Origin: Planctomycetota bacterium
GTDB lineage: Bacteria > Planctomycetota > UBA8108 > SXIK01
Assembly: GCA_965223265.1 (NCBI GenBank)
Contig: OZ244999.1
Span: 4,960,001-5,024,000, forward strand
Length of the DNA: 64,000 nucleotides
Direction of reading: 5' to 3'
Under the pieces are notes generated by a model. It searched no databases. It was not told the origin of the DNA and worked only from the letters and a program-made list of their open reading frames with translations. The position numbers and the translations under genes were made by a program. Below, in pieces: positions 50,870 to 61,900 of this stretch (the stretch's first letter is position 1; each line of letters begins with the position of its first letter).

Positions 50870-51298
50870 TTAGTCGATCGGGTTCGAACCCGAGCTCGCG
50901 CCGGTGCCAGCCTGACCGCGGATCACGCCGGTCTGATCGACGTAGAACGAACGGTCGCCAGTGGTGCCGGGATCTTCCGGATCAGAAGTGACTTCCCAGG
51001 TGTTGTCCGTCGCCGAGGCGTACGAGCTGAAATCGTAGCCCGACTTCGTGCCGCCACCGAGGACGCTGTCAATATAGCCAGCGCTCTCAAGATCGGTGAG
51101 GCCACCAGCGTAGCTACCGAAACGAGTGCGATACTGCTCGTTCACGGTCGTCAGGGTGCGCATCGAGCTGATCGCGGACGCCTCGTTACCAGCCTTCCTT
51201 GCGTTGAGCAAGCTGGGGATAGCGATGGCCGCGATAATCGCGATGATAGCAACGACAATCATGAGCTCGATCAGAGTAAAACCTTGCTCTCTCTTCAT
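50870..51298 (-). CDS. pilA: Type IV major pilin-like protein
   Basis: Short leader MKREQG|FTLIELMIVVAIIAIIAAIAIP; GGAGG RBS; monocistronic with its own promoter and terminator. Confidence 0.85.
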   Translation of the reverse strand: MKREQGFTLIELMIVVAIIAIIAAIAIPSLLNARKAGNEASAISSMRTLTTVNEQYRTRFGSYAGGLTDLESAGYIDSVLGGGTKSGYDFSSYASATDNTWEVTSDPEDPGTTGDRSFYVDQTGVIRGQAGTGASSGSNPID

Positions 51299-51547
51299 AC
51301 CGAGAAACCTCCCTACGGGTGAAGAAAACCAAAACGAATGGTGAAACTTAGAAATCCGCCCTCTTACGTGAAGGCGATCAACTTTCAATTTGGCTGTGGA
51401 ACGGTTGATTCCCGCCCTCGGATGTCAGGCCCTCACCTCCTTTCTCTGGTCGACCCTTTCCCCTTTGCGCCTGACGCGCCGTTTTGTTCCCAAAACCGGT
51501 GTTTTTAGCCATTTGGTGTACAGCTCGTCGGCACGTTAGAAAGACAA

Positions 51548-51564
51548 AGCAACCGCTGTGCCAA
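51548..51564 (-). promoter_or_regulatory. sigma54 (-24/-12) promoter upstream of the pilin gene
   Basis: Minus strand TTGGCAC-AGCGG-TTGCT, an exact TGGCAC-N5-TTGC match. Confidence 0.8.
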
Positions 51565-52012
51565 CTCCCGGCGCGGACAGGTCCTCGCCGCTAAGTCGGG
51601 TCGACGGCTACAGTCATGTTCCTTCGCTGAGTTCCGTGAAGATCACGACGGCGGAGAAACGACGGGCTGTGTCATCTGAAATTTGTCGGAGTGACAATCC
51701 GTGTCGGTGCAATCACCGCCGGTTCATCAACGTGAACATCGGAGATTGCTGGCGGCCGGCCTCAGTTCTTTTGGCCGGAAGGCCGGGAAACCGTGTGACC
51801 ATCCGAAGATCTGAGACCTCGGGCCACTTCCACCGCCAGATTCATGCCGAGATGAACGCCCCAGTTCTTGCCAATAAGGCGGATACCCCGCTGAACACCA
51901 CAACGTCGAAGTGTTGAGAACGTGCTCGCAGACAAGGGAGCAAGGACGAGAGGCAGTGAAAGTCAGATGCGGGAGACAGACCCTACAGTTGCATGAGTTC
52001 TTCGCAGGAAGA

Positions 52013-52132
52013 GCCGACGCCCACGCCCACGCCCACGCCCACGCCCACGCCCACGCCCACGCACACGCACACGCACACGCACACGCACACGCACACGCAC
52101 ACGCACACGCACACGCACACGCACACGCCGAC
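52013..52132. repeat. Hexamer array GCCGAC-(GCCCAC)7-(GCACAC)11-GCCGAC
   Basis: Directly counted; same unit family as the 4686 array, on the opposite strand. Confidence 0.95.
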
Positions 52133-52257
52133 GCAATCGCGCACGGCGTTGAAGCGCTTCTGCTTTGCAACGATGGGGACGGAGTCAGAGACAGAGACAG
52201 ACCCCAATGTTGCAAAAGAGAAACACTTCAAGACCGTGAGCGAGTGCGAGTGCTCAA

Positions 52258-52703
52258 GTAGCAGGCACACTCCGAGGCTGTGAATTTTTCGAAACTTACC
52301 ATCGCAACTCTCCGGAACGGCACGGCGTGTGCCTGCTACTTTGAAGAGCGTATCGGCGACGTCTTTATAGTAGCAGGCACACGCCGTGTGCCGTTCCGGG
52401 TGTCCGCGAGCTGCGACGGCAGTTAAAAAACTCGTGCCGTTCCGGAGGTGACCGTGCGGAGCGCAACTCCCACGCAATCGCGCATGAGCCTTGAAGCGCT
52501 TCTCCTTTGCAACGATGAGGACCAGCGGCTCAGTGGATCTCGAGATCCCTGACGCGCAGCTCAACGTTGCGCTCGCCTCGCCATGTCGAGACCTGAGGTG
52601 CATAGAGCAGCGCGAGGCGCTGGCCACGGCGTGTGCCTGCTACTTTGAAGAGCGTATCGGCGACGTCTTTATAGTAGCAGGCACACGCCGTGTGCCGTTC
52701 CGG
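52258..52703. repeat. Cluster of five GTAG-type REP-like sequences in alternating orientation
   Basis: GTAGCAGGCACAC(T/G)CCG at 52258, 52370 and 52674; reverse copies ...GTGTGCCTGCTAC ending at 52339 and 52643. Confidence 0.8.
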
Positions 52704-52927
52704 GTGTCCGCGAGCTGCGACGGCAGTTAAAAAACTCGTGCCGTTCCGGAGGTGACCGTGCGGAACCCACTCCCACGCAATCGTGCATGAGCCTTGAAGC
52801 GCTTCTCCTTTGCAACGATGAGGACCAGCGGCTCAGTGGATCTCGAGATCCCTGACGCGCAGCTCAACGTTGCGCTCGCCTCGCCATGTCGAGACCTGAG
52901 GTGCATAGAGCAGCGCGAGGCGCTGGC
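52321..52927. repeat. Tandem duplication of ~303 bp (52321-52624 / 52625-52927) including the recJ 3' end
   Basis: Near-identical units differing at a few bases (e.g. GGAGCGCAACTC vs GGAACCCACTC). Confidence 0.92.
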
Positions 52928-54596
52928 CACGGCGCACTCGGTGACCAAAACGCTCACCGGCTCCGAAAGCGATCGCCCGTCTCACCGCTCCCTCTTGTCG
53001 CACATGAAAGGCCAAGTGCTGGCCGTTGGCACCAAGTGCCCGAGGTTCGCCGACCACCTCGGCGTTCGTCGTCACCAGAAGAGGAGCCGGATTCTTCTCG
53101 CCGAACGGTTCAAGTCGCGCGATCTGCGTCATTTGATTCTGAGCGATCTCGTCCAGGCACACGTGCGCATCGACTTCGGTTGTCGGGACCATTTCGGACG
53201 GATCGAGGTCGATGGCATGGGTGAGGCGCTCGCGGAGATCGCTCAGTCGGTTCGATTCAATCTCGATTCCAGCGGCCAACTCGTGCCCACCGTGACTCAA
53301 AAGGCAATCGCCGCAGCGCTCGAGGGCGGCAGCGATATTGACACCTGGAATCGACCGCGCGGAACCACGCCCCTTCGCGCCGTCAAGAGACACGATCAGC
53401 GTCGGGCGGTGGAATTCTTCCATCAATCGAGCCGCGACGATCCCAATCACGCCCGCGTGCCACCCCTCGGCGCCGAGCACGATCGCCTTCTCGCGGTCAA
53501 GATCGACCCTCGACGTGATCAGCCCTCGTGCTTCGTCACAGATCTCAGACTCAATGCGCTTGCGGTCCTCGTTGGCGCGCCGCAAGGCACTGCCGATACT
53601 TTCCGCCTGATCGCGATCCGTCGCCAATAGCAGTTCAAGCGCCGATTCTGCCATTTTCAAGCGCCCTGCCGCGTTGAGCATCGGCGCGATGCGGAATGCG
53701 ACGTCTTCGGCACTCAACGCTTCGCGGTCGCGTCTCGCCGTTTCAACAAGATACTGGAACCCCGGGCGCCGAGACTCGAGAAGTTGCATGAGACCGAACG
53801 TGACGAACGTGCGATTCTCACCCACCAGCGGCACGACATCTGCGATTGTACCGAGCGCGACGAAGGGCAAGAGGTCGACGAGAAAGTCACGAAATTCGCT
53901 CGAGACTTTCTTTTGGCGGGAAAAGCGCTGGCATAGGGCCCACACAAACTTGAACGCGACACCGACACCAGCCAGATCCTTAAAGGGGTAGTCGGAGCCC
54001 GGGAGCCATGGGTTCACGATCGCTGTCGCCGGTGGCAATTCCTCTGGCGGTTGGTGATGGTCGAGGACGACGACATCGATGCCGAGACTTCGCGCGACCG
54101 TGAGCGCCTCGACGGCACTGACGCCGTTGTCGACAGTGATCACCACGCTCACCCCTTGCGCGGCAAACTCGCGCATCGCGTCAGCCCGAACGCCGTAGCC
54201 TTCCGTCAAGCGGCGCGGTAGTCGATAGCGCACAGGGTGGCCAACGAATCGAAAGAACTCGAACAAGAGCGCCGTCGACGTGACACCGTCGACGTCGTAA
54301 TCGCCGAAGACGGCGATCGACTCACCGCGTTGTCGGGCAAGATCGATTCTGTCGAGCGCAGCGTGCAAGTTGGGAAGCGACTCGGGAGCGTGCAGCGACT
54401 TCAGCGTCGGCGCCAAAAACGTTGCTGCGTCTTGAGCGTCCTCAATCCCTCGGCGATACAGCAGCCGAGCCATCAAGGGCGAGCACTCCAACTCGGTGCG
54501 CAGGCGTTCGACGATGCCTTCGTCGACGCTGGACAGCCGCCAGCGCGGCGGCAGCGCTACCGCGCCCTCCTCGCTTCTTCTCTTCTGAAAGTACAC
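52833..54596 (-). CDS. recJ: Single-stranded-DNA-specific exonuclease RecJ
   Basis: GDYDVDG, EGYG, TVDNG, DHH, GTIADVVPL, NAAGR, GSARS, GGH..AAG and EPFG..NP. Confidence 0.96.
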   Translation of the reverse strand: MYFQKRRSEEGAVALPPRWRLSSVDEGIVERLRTELECSPLMARLLYRRGIEDAQDAATFLAPTLKSLHAPESLPNLHAALDRIDLARQRGESIAVFGDYDVDGVTSTALLFEFFRFVGHPVRYRLPRRLTEGYGVRADAMREFAAQGVSVVITVDNGVSAVEALTVARSLGIDVVVLDHHQPPEELPPATAIVNPWLPGSDYPFKDLAGVGVAFKFVWALCQRFSRQKKVSSEFRDFLVDLLPFVALGTIADVVPLVGENRTFVTFGLMQLLESRRPGFQYLVETARRDREALSAEDVAFRIAPMLNAAGRLKMAESALELLLATDRDQAESIGSALRRANEDRKRIESEICDEARGLITSRVDLDREKAIVLGAEGWHAGVIGIVAARLMEEFHRPTLIVSLDGAKGRGSARSIPGVNIAAALERCGDCLLSHGGHELAAGIEIESNRLSDLRERLTHAIDLDPSEMVPTTEVDAHVCLDEIAQNQMTQIARLEPFGEKNPAPLLVTTNAEVVGEPRALGANGQHLAFHVRQEGAVRRAIAFGAGERFGHRVRRGQRLALLYAPQVSTWRGERNVELRVRDLEIH

Positions 54597-54606
54597 GCGC
54601 GCGCCT

Positions 54607-54834
54607 CTCGAGTTTGGCCATTTCGCGCCGACCTGGCCGGACGAACTTGCCGGGGTTCACAGGCCTTTTCGACTTTTTTCTACCCTGAGGACCTTTGTGC
54701 GTGTCCAAAAACTCCTGTCCGGCCGTTCGGGGAACGCCAAGAACGCCGCTGCGTGCGCCCGTCCTCCGCGACGACCGGAGCGGGATCGCGCCCGAGTCGC
54801 GCTTTGGCCTCGACGCGAGAGGGCCAAACTCCAG
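54607..54834 (-). mobile_element. MITE family 2, copy 2
   Basis: CTCGAGTTTGGCCATTTCGCG...GGCCAAACTCCAG; interior is the reverse complement of 40191-40460 (ACTCCTGTCCGGCC, TTTCGACTTTTT). Confidence 0.8.
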
Positions 54835-54929
54835 TTCCAGCCCGTTGAACAGGGTTCTCAGCGCTCTTCGGAATCGTTCGAACCGCTTTCAACACGCCGC
54901 TGAAGTCAAAAGCCTCACCCCCGGTTGTT

Positions 54930-57824
54930 CTATTGCTCGGTTTGACTCTTCGCCGATGCCGCCTCACGTTCCTGTTTTTCTATCTCCGCCGCGATTTGCT
55001 CCCGAAGCTGCGCGTTCAACGCCTGGCGCTGCCGTTGGAAGAGCGCCTTGGCCTCAGCAGTCTCTCCTCGGTGCAGATGATTCAGCACCAGGTGGTAGTA
55101 GACGCTTCCGGCAGGCACCCGAGGGTTTGGTTTTTCGAGGCTCTTGCGGAAATAATGATCCGCTTCGCGACGTTTCTTTTGTTCCTGTAGCGCAAGTCCG
55201 AGGTTGAACAGAACTTCACTGGGGGCCTCGACTGCAAGACCACGCTTGAACACTTCTTCAGCTTTGGTGAATTGCTTCAAGTTGATGAAGAGGACACCAA
55301 GGTCGTTGTACGCCCACACGTTGTTCGGGCTCAGGTCGAGTGCCTTTTGAAAGTTCTTCACCGCTTCGACTGCCGCGTCTGCGTCACTCAGCTGACTGAG
55401 AAAACGCGCCAATCCCCGATAGGCACCGACGTTCGAAGGGTCAAACTCGACGGCTTTCTTGTACGCGCGGCGAATGGTCGCTTCCTCCTGCCTCAACCTT
55501 TCCGCCTTGTCGGAGACGTCGACGCTATTGACCAGCTCCCAATATCGAGCCTCATGAACGTGTGCCGACTCGACCAAAGCGCGTGAGTCGGTGGCGTCGC
55601 GCGCCTCGGTCGGCGGCGGTGGTGTTGTTGTGCCTTGAACGACAGAAAACGGCTCACATACGTGCGACGACACCAGCTCACCGCGCCGTAAGAGGCGGAC
55701 GCGCAAGCGGTGCTCAGAGGCAGGCTCCGTCCCCGGCGGCACGTCCCAGGCGCACGTCGCGTTCACCGCCAAACGATCGCAGATCGGCGTCCACTGCGCG
55801 GCAGCCCCAGCCTGGTGCTCAACTTGCACAGTCAGCGCTTCGAGCGCTTCCGCTGCGGGATGCAGACGCCAACGGAGATTCTGTACCGTCTGGCCGCGTA
55901 CGATCCCGCGCACCGCCGGAGACTCTAGCTGGATCGCTGGCAGGACACGACGGATGTCCGAATTGCGATGCGTGCTGTTCCCGGCCTGATCTCTCACGAC
56001 AACTCGCACCTGACACTGACGATAGCCGGTGGGAGTCGTCCAGCTGAACTGCGTCTGTCCAGGTGCCACTCGCGTCCAACGCGCCAGTGTCTCCCACCTC
56101 TCTTCCCGGACATCACGGCGCCCTTCCAGGACGACAGGCATGACGACGTCGGTCCAGTCGGCCTCGAAGACGATCTCGGTTGTCATCCCTTCCACCCACT
56201 CGAACGGACTCAGCTTGAGCTCAATCGCCGGCGCCGTCTTGTCGAGCATGAACTGGCCGAATGCCACAGAAGCGGCGTCCGGCTCCGGGGTCGCGTTGCC
56301 GACTCCATCCTTCGCGCGTACGAACATCTGATACGACGCTTCCGGAACGTGGCTGAGGTCAAGTGCTAGGCGGTACCCCTCTTCAGCCCGCTCCATGACA
56401 CGCTGGCCGCGCGGGAGAAGCTTCCACGGCCCCTCCTGACCGCGTCGCAAATAGATATCTACGTCGCGTAAACCAGCTCCATCACCATCGTCGACACTCA
56501 TGTCGAGCACCGGTCGCACCGGAAGAATCGGCGCGACCGCTGCGAGGCTGACGTGCGGTGGCGTGCAATCGATCGAAAAAGGCTTCGAAACCGCATTCGC
56601 CGCTCCCGACGAAGCTCGCACGCGAATCAAGCAGCCAATGAGATCAGCGCACGGCACCTGCCACAAAACGCTGCCGCGGCGAACACTCGCACGATCGACA
56701 AGACTCCACTCCTCGGCAACACTCGTGCGCCACTCGACGATCAGCGTCTCCGTGGCTGGAATCTCACGCGTCTTCCAGCCGATCTCGGCCGAACGGCCTC
56801 CGGCGACGAACATGGCGCCGCCCGGCGCCTCCCCGCCCCCGACAAGCAGACTGTCCGGCATGAGCAACGTGATCTCAGGTCGCGTTAACGTGTCATCTTT
56901 CACGGACAGCGTGCTGTTGGCGGGCTCGGCACGTTCGGTCGCGTCGTGGGACACAGCCTGAGGCCTCGCCGTTTCCGCGCCCGGCGGTGTCGTATTCTCA
57001 GAGTCTGGACGTATTGGTGCCGTGAACGATCGCGGGACTTCTGACCCGCGCGCCAGCACTTGAAGCGGCACGATCTGTTCCGCTGGGTGGCCGACGAGAT
57101 CATACGCCGTCACTCGCACGAGAATCGAAGTCGGCAGCGCCGCCGGCGGCCGCCAAGAGTAGGTCTGGTGCCCGGTTCCCGGCGGCACCTTGGCGATCGA
57201 CAGCCAATGCGCACCGTCGTCGTAACTCCACGAGAGCTCCTGGAGCGCTTCGCCGACCTCGATCTCATTGACCGACCATTCGAACTGTATGCCGGCCGCC
57301 GCGTCGACCGGCGACTGTGGTGCGGGACGTAGCCATTGAATCTGTGGCGGAGTGCGGTCAACAATCAAGAACGTCACCGGTTCGTCGTCGGCTCTCGGGA
57401 CGAACTCCTCACTGCCGTCTCGCTTGATCGCCGACGCGCGCAGCCCGATCGTTCCCTCCGGTAGGTCCACTGAGAGTGGCATATCTTGAAGCTCAGCGGT
57501 GGCCAGTCGCTTCCAAGTTGCCGCGTTCGAGACGCGCCCCCAAAGCACGACCTCTCGCGTCTCTCGCACGTCGAGCAGCTCCGGATCGAAGTGGATCGCC
57601 ACCTCGATCTGCTCCTCGTCCGTCGCCACACGCTTCGCCCGTGGTGGCAACTTCGACATCACGACCTGCACAGAGTTCTGCGCATCAAGCCGACGAGCGT
57701 TCGAGACCAGCGTCTCGCGACGTGGCGCGAACGATTTGCAGGACGCAAGTCCAAGTGAGCACAGAATCGACAGCGCCAACCACCCGTTCAGGACGGACCG
57801 GAACTTTCGTCGGCTCCGTGTCAT
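54930..57824 (-). CDS. Large lipoprotein with tandem Ig/beta-sandwich domains and C-terminal TPRs
   Basis: Lipobox LASC; repeated D(R/C/K)T(P/A)P...W...VRA.D..GN modules; TPRs AYKKAVEFDPSN and FQKALDLSPNN. Confidence 0.8.
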   Translation of the reverse strand: MTRSRRKFRSVLNGWLALSILCSLGLASCKSFAPRRETLVSNARRLDAQNSVQVVMSKLPPRAKRVATDEEQIEVAIHFDPELLDVRETREVVLWGRVSNAATWKRLATAELQDMPLSVDLPEGTIGLRASAIKRDGSEEFVPRADDEPVTFLIVDRTPPQIQWLRPAPQSPVDAAAGIQFEWSVNEIEVGEALQELSWSYDDGAHWLSIAKVPPGTGHQTYSWRPPAALPTSILVRVTAYDLVGHPAEQIVPLQVLARGSEVPRSFTAPIRPDSENTTPPGAETARPQAVSHDATERAEPANSTLSVKDDTLTRPEITLLMPDSLLVGGGEAPGGAMFVAGGRSAEIGWKTREIPATETLIVEWRTSVAEEWSLVDRASVRRGSVLWQVPCADLIGCLIRVRASSGAANAVSKPFSIDCTPPHVSLAAVAPILPVRPVLDMSVDDGDGAGLRDVDIYLRRGQEGPWKLLPRGQRVMERAEEGYRLALDLSHVPEASYQMFVRAKDGVGNATPEPDAASVAFGQFMLDKTAPAIELKLSPFEWVEGMTTEIVFEADWTDVVMPVVLEGRRDVREERWETLARWTRVAPGQTQFSWTTPTGYRQCQVRVVVRDQAGNSTHRNSDIRRVLPAIQLESPAVRGIVRGQTVQNLRWRLHPAAEALEALTVQVEHQAGAAAQWTPICDRLAVNATCAWDVPPGTEPASEHRLRVRLLRRGELVSSHVCEPFSVVQGTTTPPPPTEARDATDSRALVESAHVHEARYWELVNSVDVSDKAERLRQEEATIRRAYKKAVEFDPSNVGAYRGLARFLSQLSDADAAVEAVKNFQKALDLSPNNVWAYNDLGVLFINLKQFTKAEEVFKRGLAVEAPSEVLFNLGLALQEQKKRREADHYFRKSLEKPNPRVPAGSVYYHLVLNHLHRGETAEAKALFQRQRQALNAQLREQIAAEIEKQEREAASAKSQTEQ

Positions 57825-58101
57825 GACCGTACCCTCCTAGCACTTCCCTTCGATTCCTCCAGCGGAGGAGAATTCTCTTCTTGGTTCAACTTACGCGCGG
57901 AAGTCGCACCGCACTGACTGCGCGGCCGTCTCGGCAACCCGAATCGCAGGCCACCAGACACTTCCCAGCCCGCATCGAAAAACTCAATCCTCAACCGGAC
58001 GAACTCGTCGAAACGAGGCTGTTATCCTTCTTTGATCCCGCTCGACAGTGTAACCACGCATTTGACGCCGACAAGGGCCAACTCCAGACTTCAAACCCCT
58101 C

Positions 58102-58995
58102 TCATTCAGCTTCCGCCTCCTTCCCGCCGCGAGCGACAGACCGGCCGTCAGCCGAAAGCCCCTTGGCGTGGGTGACGGCCGACGCAAAGAAACGCAGCCC
58201 ATCACCGCCGCTGGAATCGAACGCACCGCGCCCTGAGAGCGCCTTGCGGCGCGTCCAGTGCGGGTCGTGAAGCGCATGAACAAAGCGCTCAGGATGCGGC
58301 ATCATTCCCAGCACGTTGCCGGCGGGGTTGGTGATGCCGGCGATCCCGTGGACCGAGCCATTGGGGTTGGCCGGATAGTCGTCACTCCATGCCTCCTGCG
58401 CCGCCCCATGAGCGTCGACATAGCGAAGCGCCACCTGGCCGCCGTTTTCGAGCCGCTCGAGCACCTCGGGCGCGCGCACGGCCAGGCGCCCTTCGCGGTG
58501 TGCCACGGGCAGGCGAAGCGTCGAGTTCGCCTCGGTCGCCGCGGCGGTAGCGGAGGCCGGAGAAAGAAACGGGCAGCGCGTGCTCTCGGCGCGGAGGTGA
58601 ACCCAGCGATCCTCGAACTTGCCAGACTCGTTGACGACGAGCGACAGAGACTTGACGTCGTCATCATCCCAGCCGGGGAGCAGCCCCAAGCGCACGAGTA
58701 CTTGAAAGCCGTTACAAATGCCCAGAACCAGGCGACCGGAGGCGACGAATTCGTGGAGACGCGGCAACAGGTAGGCACGCAACTCGTTGGCGAATACGGT
58801 GCCGGCGCCGAGGTCATCACCGTACGAAAAGCCGCCGGGAAAGACGACAACGGAGAACTCGTCAAGACTCCGGGCCCCGTCGACGAAGACGCCAACGTGG
58901 AGTACCTCGACGTCAGCCCCGGCGATTTCGAAGGCGTGCGCAGTCTCCTGGTCGCAGTTGATACCAGCGGTGCGAAGGATCAGAACACGTACCAC
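58102..58995 (-). CDS. purQ: FGAM synthase glutaminase subunit
   Basis: GINCDQET, PGGFSYGD, LGICNGFQ, AHREG, NPNGS and MPHPER; start GTG 58995 after GAGG. Confidence 0.95.
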   Translation of the reverse strand: MVRVLILRTAGINCDQETAHAFEIAGADVEVLHVGVFVDGARSLDEFSVVVFPGGFSYGDDLGAGTVFANELRAYLLPRLHEFVASGRLVLGICNGFQVLVRLGLLPGWDDDDVKSLSLVVNESGKFEDRWVHLRAESTRCPFLSPASATAAATEANSTLRLPVAHREGRLAVRAPEVLERLENGGQVALRYVDAHGAAQEAWSDDYPANPNGSVHGIAGITNPAGNVLGMMPHPERFVHALHDPHWTRRKALSGRGAFDSSGGDGLRFFASAVTHAKGLSADGRSVARGGKEAEAE

Positions 58996-58999
58996 GATT

Positions 59000-61900
59000 T
59001 CACCTCTCCGGATGCGGCGCGTCGCCCTGCGCTGCGCCGTTGACTTCGGCGTCGACGTCAAGGCGTAGGCCACGCTTCCAGCTGGCGCGCAGCGCTTCGA
59101 GTGCTTCGTCGACAATCGTACGTCCACCTCGACCCGTGACAACGAACCGCCGCGATTCGCTGGTCTCTCCGACGACGGCAACGGGCGCTTCGGCAGCCAA
59201 CGCCAGCGCCTGTTCCAAGTCCTCTGCCCGCACCTCCACCAAGTAACGGCTGTTCGACTCGCTCCAAAGGAGTTCAGCGTCGTCCACACAGCCCTCGCTG
59301 GAGACGTTGGCCAAGTCAATGCGTAGACCGACTTCTCCAGCGAACGCCATCTCAGCTGCGGCGACGCCAAGACCGCCTTCTGAGAGGTCATGACAGCTCA
59401 GTGCCAAACCTGACGTGGTGAGTGCGTGAGCGACTGCATGGACGCGCTTGGCCAAGTCGAGTCGGACCTGGGGTACCGCAAGATGCACTTGATCGGGAGC
59501 CGCTGCGGCTGGCCCCGGAGCATGGGAAAGTGAGTCCCTGCTCGCCTCGAGCGCGGCGCGGCAAAAGTGACTACCGCCCAGCTCGGCGTACGTGGTTCCG
59601 ATCAACAGAACACGACTCCCAGGACTCTTCAGATCCATACTGATGAGGCCGCTGACGTCAGGGACGATGGACAGAGCTGAAATCAAGAGTGTCGGCGGGA
59701 TCTGAATGGTGTCATCGCCGACCCGAAACTCGTTGTTGAGACTGTCCTTGCCTGAAATAAAAGGAGTGCCAAAAGCGATCGCCGCGTCGGAGCAGCCACG
59801 GGCCGCCTCGACGAGCGAACCTAGCGTCTCTGGCCGTTCCGTGTTCCCCCAACAGAAGTTGTCGAGGAGCGCCGTGCGCTCTGGGTCGCCACCAGCTGCA
59901 ACGACGTTCCGGAGGGCTTCGTCGACCGCACTCGCGGCCATTGCGTAGGGATCGAGATCGCCGTAGCACGGGTTCATGCCGCAGCCAACGACGATGCCGC
60001 GCTTCGAGCCGAGTCGCGGCGTCACCGCGATGCCGTCGCCGGGGCCGTCCTCGCGCACTCCCTGAAGTGGCTTGAGGACGCTCCCGCCTTGAACCTCGTG
60101 GTCATACTGACGAATGATCCACTCCTTTGAGGCGATGTTGGGCGACGCTATTAGCTGGTGCAGGACGACGCCGACCTCTTCCGGGGGAATCCTGCGATCG
60201 CGCTGCCACTGCGCCAGCGTGGCACTCGACGCGGGCCGCGATTGCCAGCGTGACGCACGCACTTCGTTGGGACGCCCACCGTGTAGAAACTCCATCGACA
60301 GGTCGCACACAGGCTGACCATCGTACGAAAGATGCAAACGGCTATCCCCCGTAAAGCTACCGATGTCGGTGCATTCGACGTCCTCGCTCGCCGCGAGCGC
60401 CTCGAGACGCTCAGCATCCTCAGGCGCTACCGCGAGCACCATTCGCTCCTGCGCTTCAGAAATCCAAATCTCCCAGTAGCTCAGGCCCTCGTACTTCAGC
60501 GGCACTTTCGCCAATTCGACACTGGCACCGATGGCTTCGCCCATCTCGCCCACAGCGCTTGACAGTCCACCGGCACCGCAGTCTGTGACGCAGCGGTAGA
60601 GTCGCGCGTCTCGCGCCTTGAGAAGTACGTCGAGGACTTTCTTCTCCGTAATGGCATTGCCGATCTGCACCGCTCCGCTCGACGACATTTCGGACTCTTC
60701 GGTGAGTTCGATCGAAGAGAACGTCGCGCCATGGATTCCATCGCGCCCGGTACGACCACCGAGCACATAGATACGGTCGCCGGGGCGCGCTTCCTTGTCG
60801 ATCGCATCGCGTGGAATCAAGCCGACGCTGCCGCAAAAGACGAGCGGATTCCCCACATAACGGCGATCGAAATAAACGGCACCGCTGGCGGTCGGGATCC
60901 CCATGCGGTTGCCATAGTCCCGCACTCCAGCGACCACACCACGCAACACGCGCAGCGGATGCAGTGCCCCAGGAGGCACCTCGCTTCGAGCGAGGTCCGG
61001 CGGGCCAAAACAAAAAACGTCGGTGTTAAGAATCGGCTTGGCGCCGAGCCCAGTGCCGAGCGTGTCGCGCAGCACGCCGCCGATCCCGGTTCCCGCGCCG
61101 CCGTAGGGTTCGATGGCTGACGGGTGATTGTGCGTCTCGACCTTGAACGACACCCCGTAGTCGTCGTCGAAAGCGATCACACCCGCATTGTCTTTGAAGA
61201 CCGAAAGGCACCAGGGTGCGTCGATCTCACGCGTCGCCCGCACGATCGTTTGTTTGAGAAGATTGTCGATGGAAATGTTGGGGCGCCCTGGCACGACGTG
61301 CTCGATGCGGCCCGTGAGCGTTTTGTGGCAGCAGTGCTCACTCCACGTCTGCGCGATCGTCTCGAGCTCAACGTCGCTCGGGTCGCGCCCGAGCGCGCCA
61401 TAGTGATCCCGAATGGCGACCATCTCCACCAAACTGAGCGCCAACCCGGCGGTCCGACTGAGAGCTTCAAGCTCGGCGTCGGTCAGGCCGCCAAGCTTGA
61501 CGCTGCGCCGCACGAACTCGTAACGCTTGCCACCCTGAAAGGGCCGCACACAACTCGCGGCAGAACCGTCCCAGTGCACCTCTTGGATCACAGGGTTGGC
61601 GAACACCTTGTCGGCGATCAGCCGCTGCGCGGCGGCGTCCAATTGGCCGGCGACGAAAAACCGCACCGCAGTCCGTGCACTGACGCCATCGACGCCGAGG
61701 TCGCGAAAACCCTTGAGGAGAGACTCCTCGGCGGGATCCATGACGCCCGGCCGCGCCAGGACCGTCGCGACACCGCCGCCGGGTTCAAGCGAAGCCGCGC
61801 GCGGCTTCACAGGAGAAAAGATACGGACCTCTTGAACAACGGTATCGCAAAGAAGATGCGAGGCGATGCGCTCGCAGCACTCAAGCGACAGCGCTGAGCC

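Noticed and set aside
51400-51530. c-di-GMP-I riboswitch in the pilin leader
   Set aside because: Only a GGCGCAAAG fragment is present; the GGCAAA/GNRA P2 architecture is not evident
52258-52930. Possible CRISPR array
   Set aside because: Repeats alternate in orientation, the intervening sequences are duplicated rather than unique spacers, and no cas genes are present
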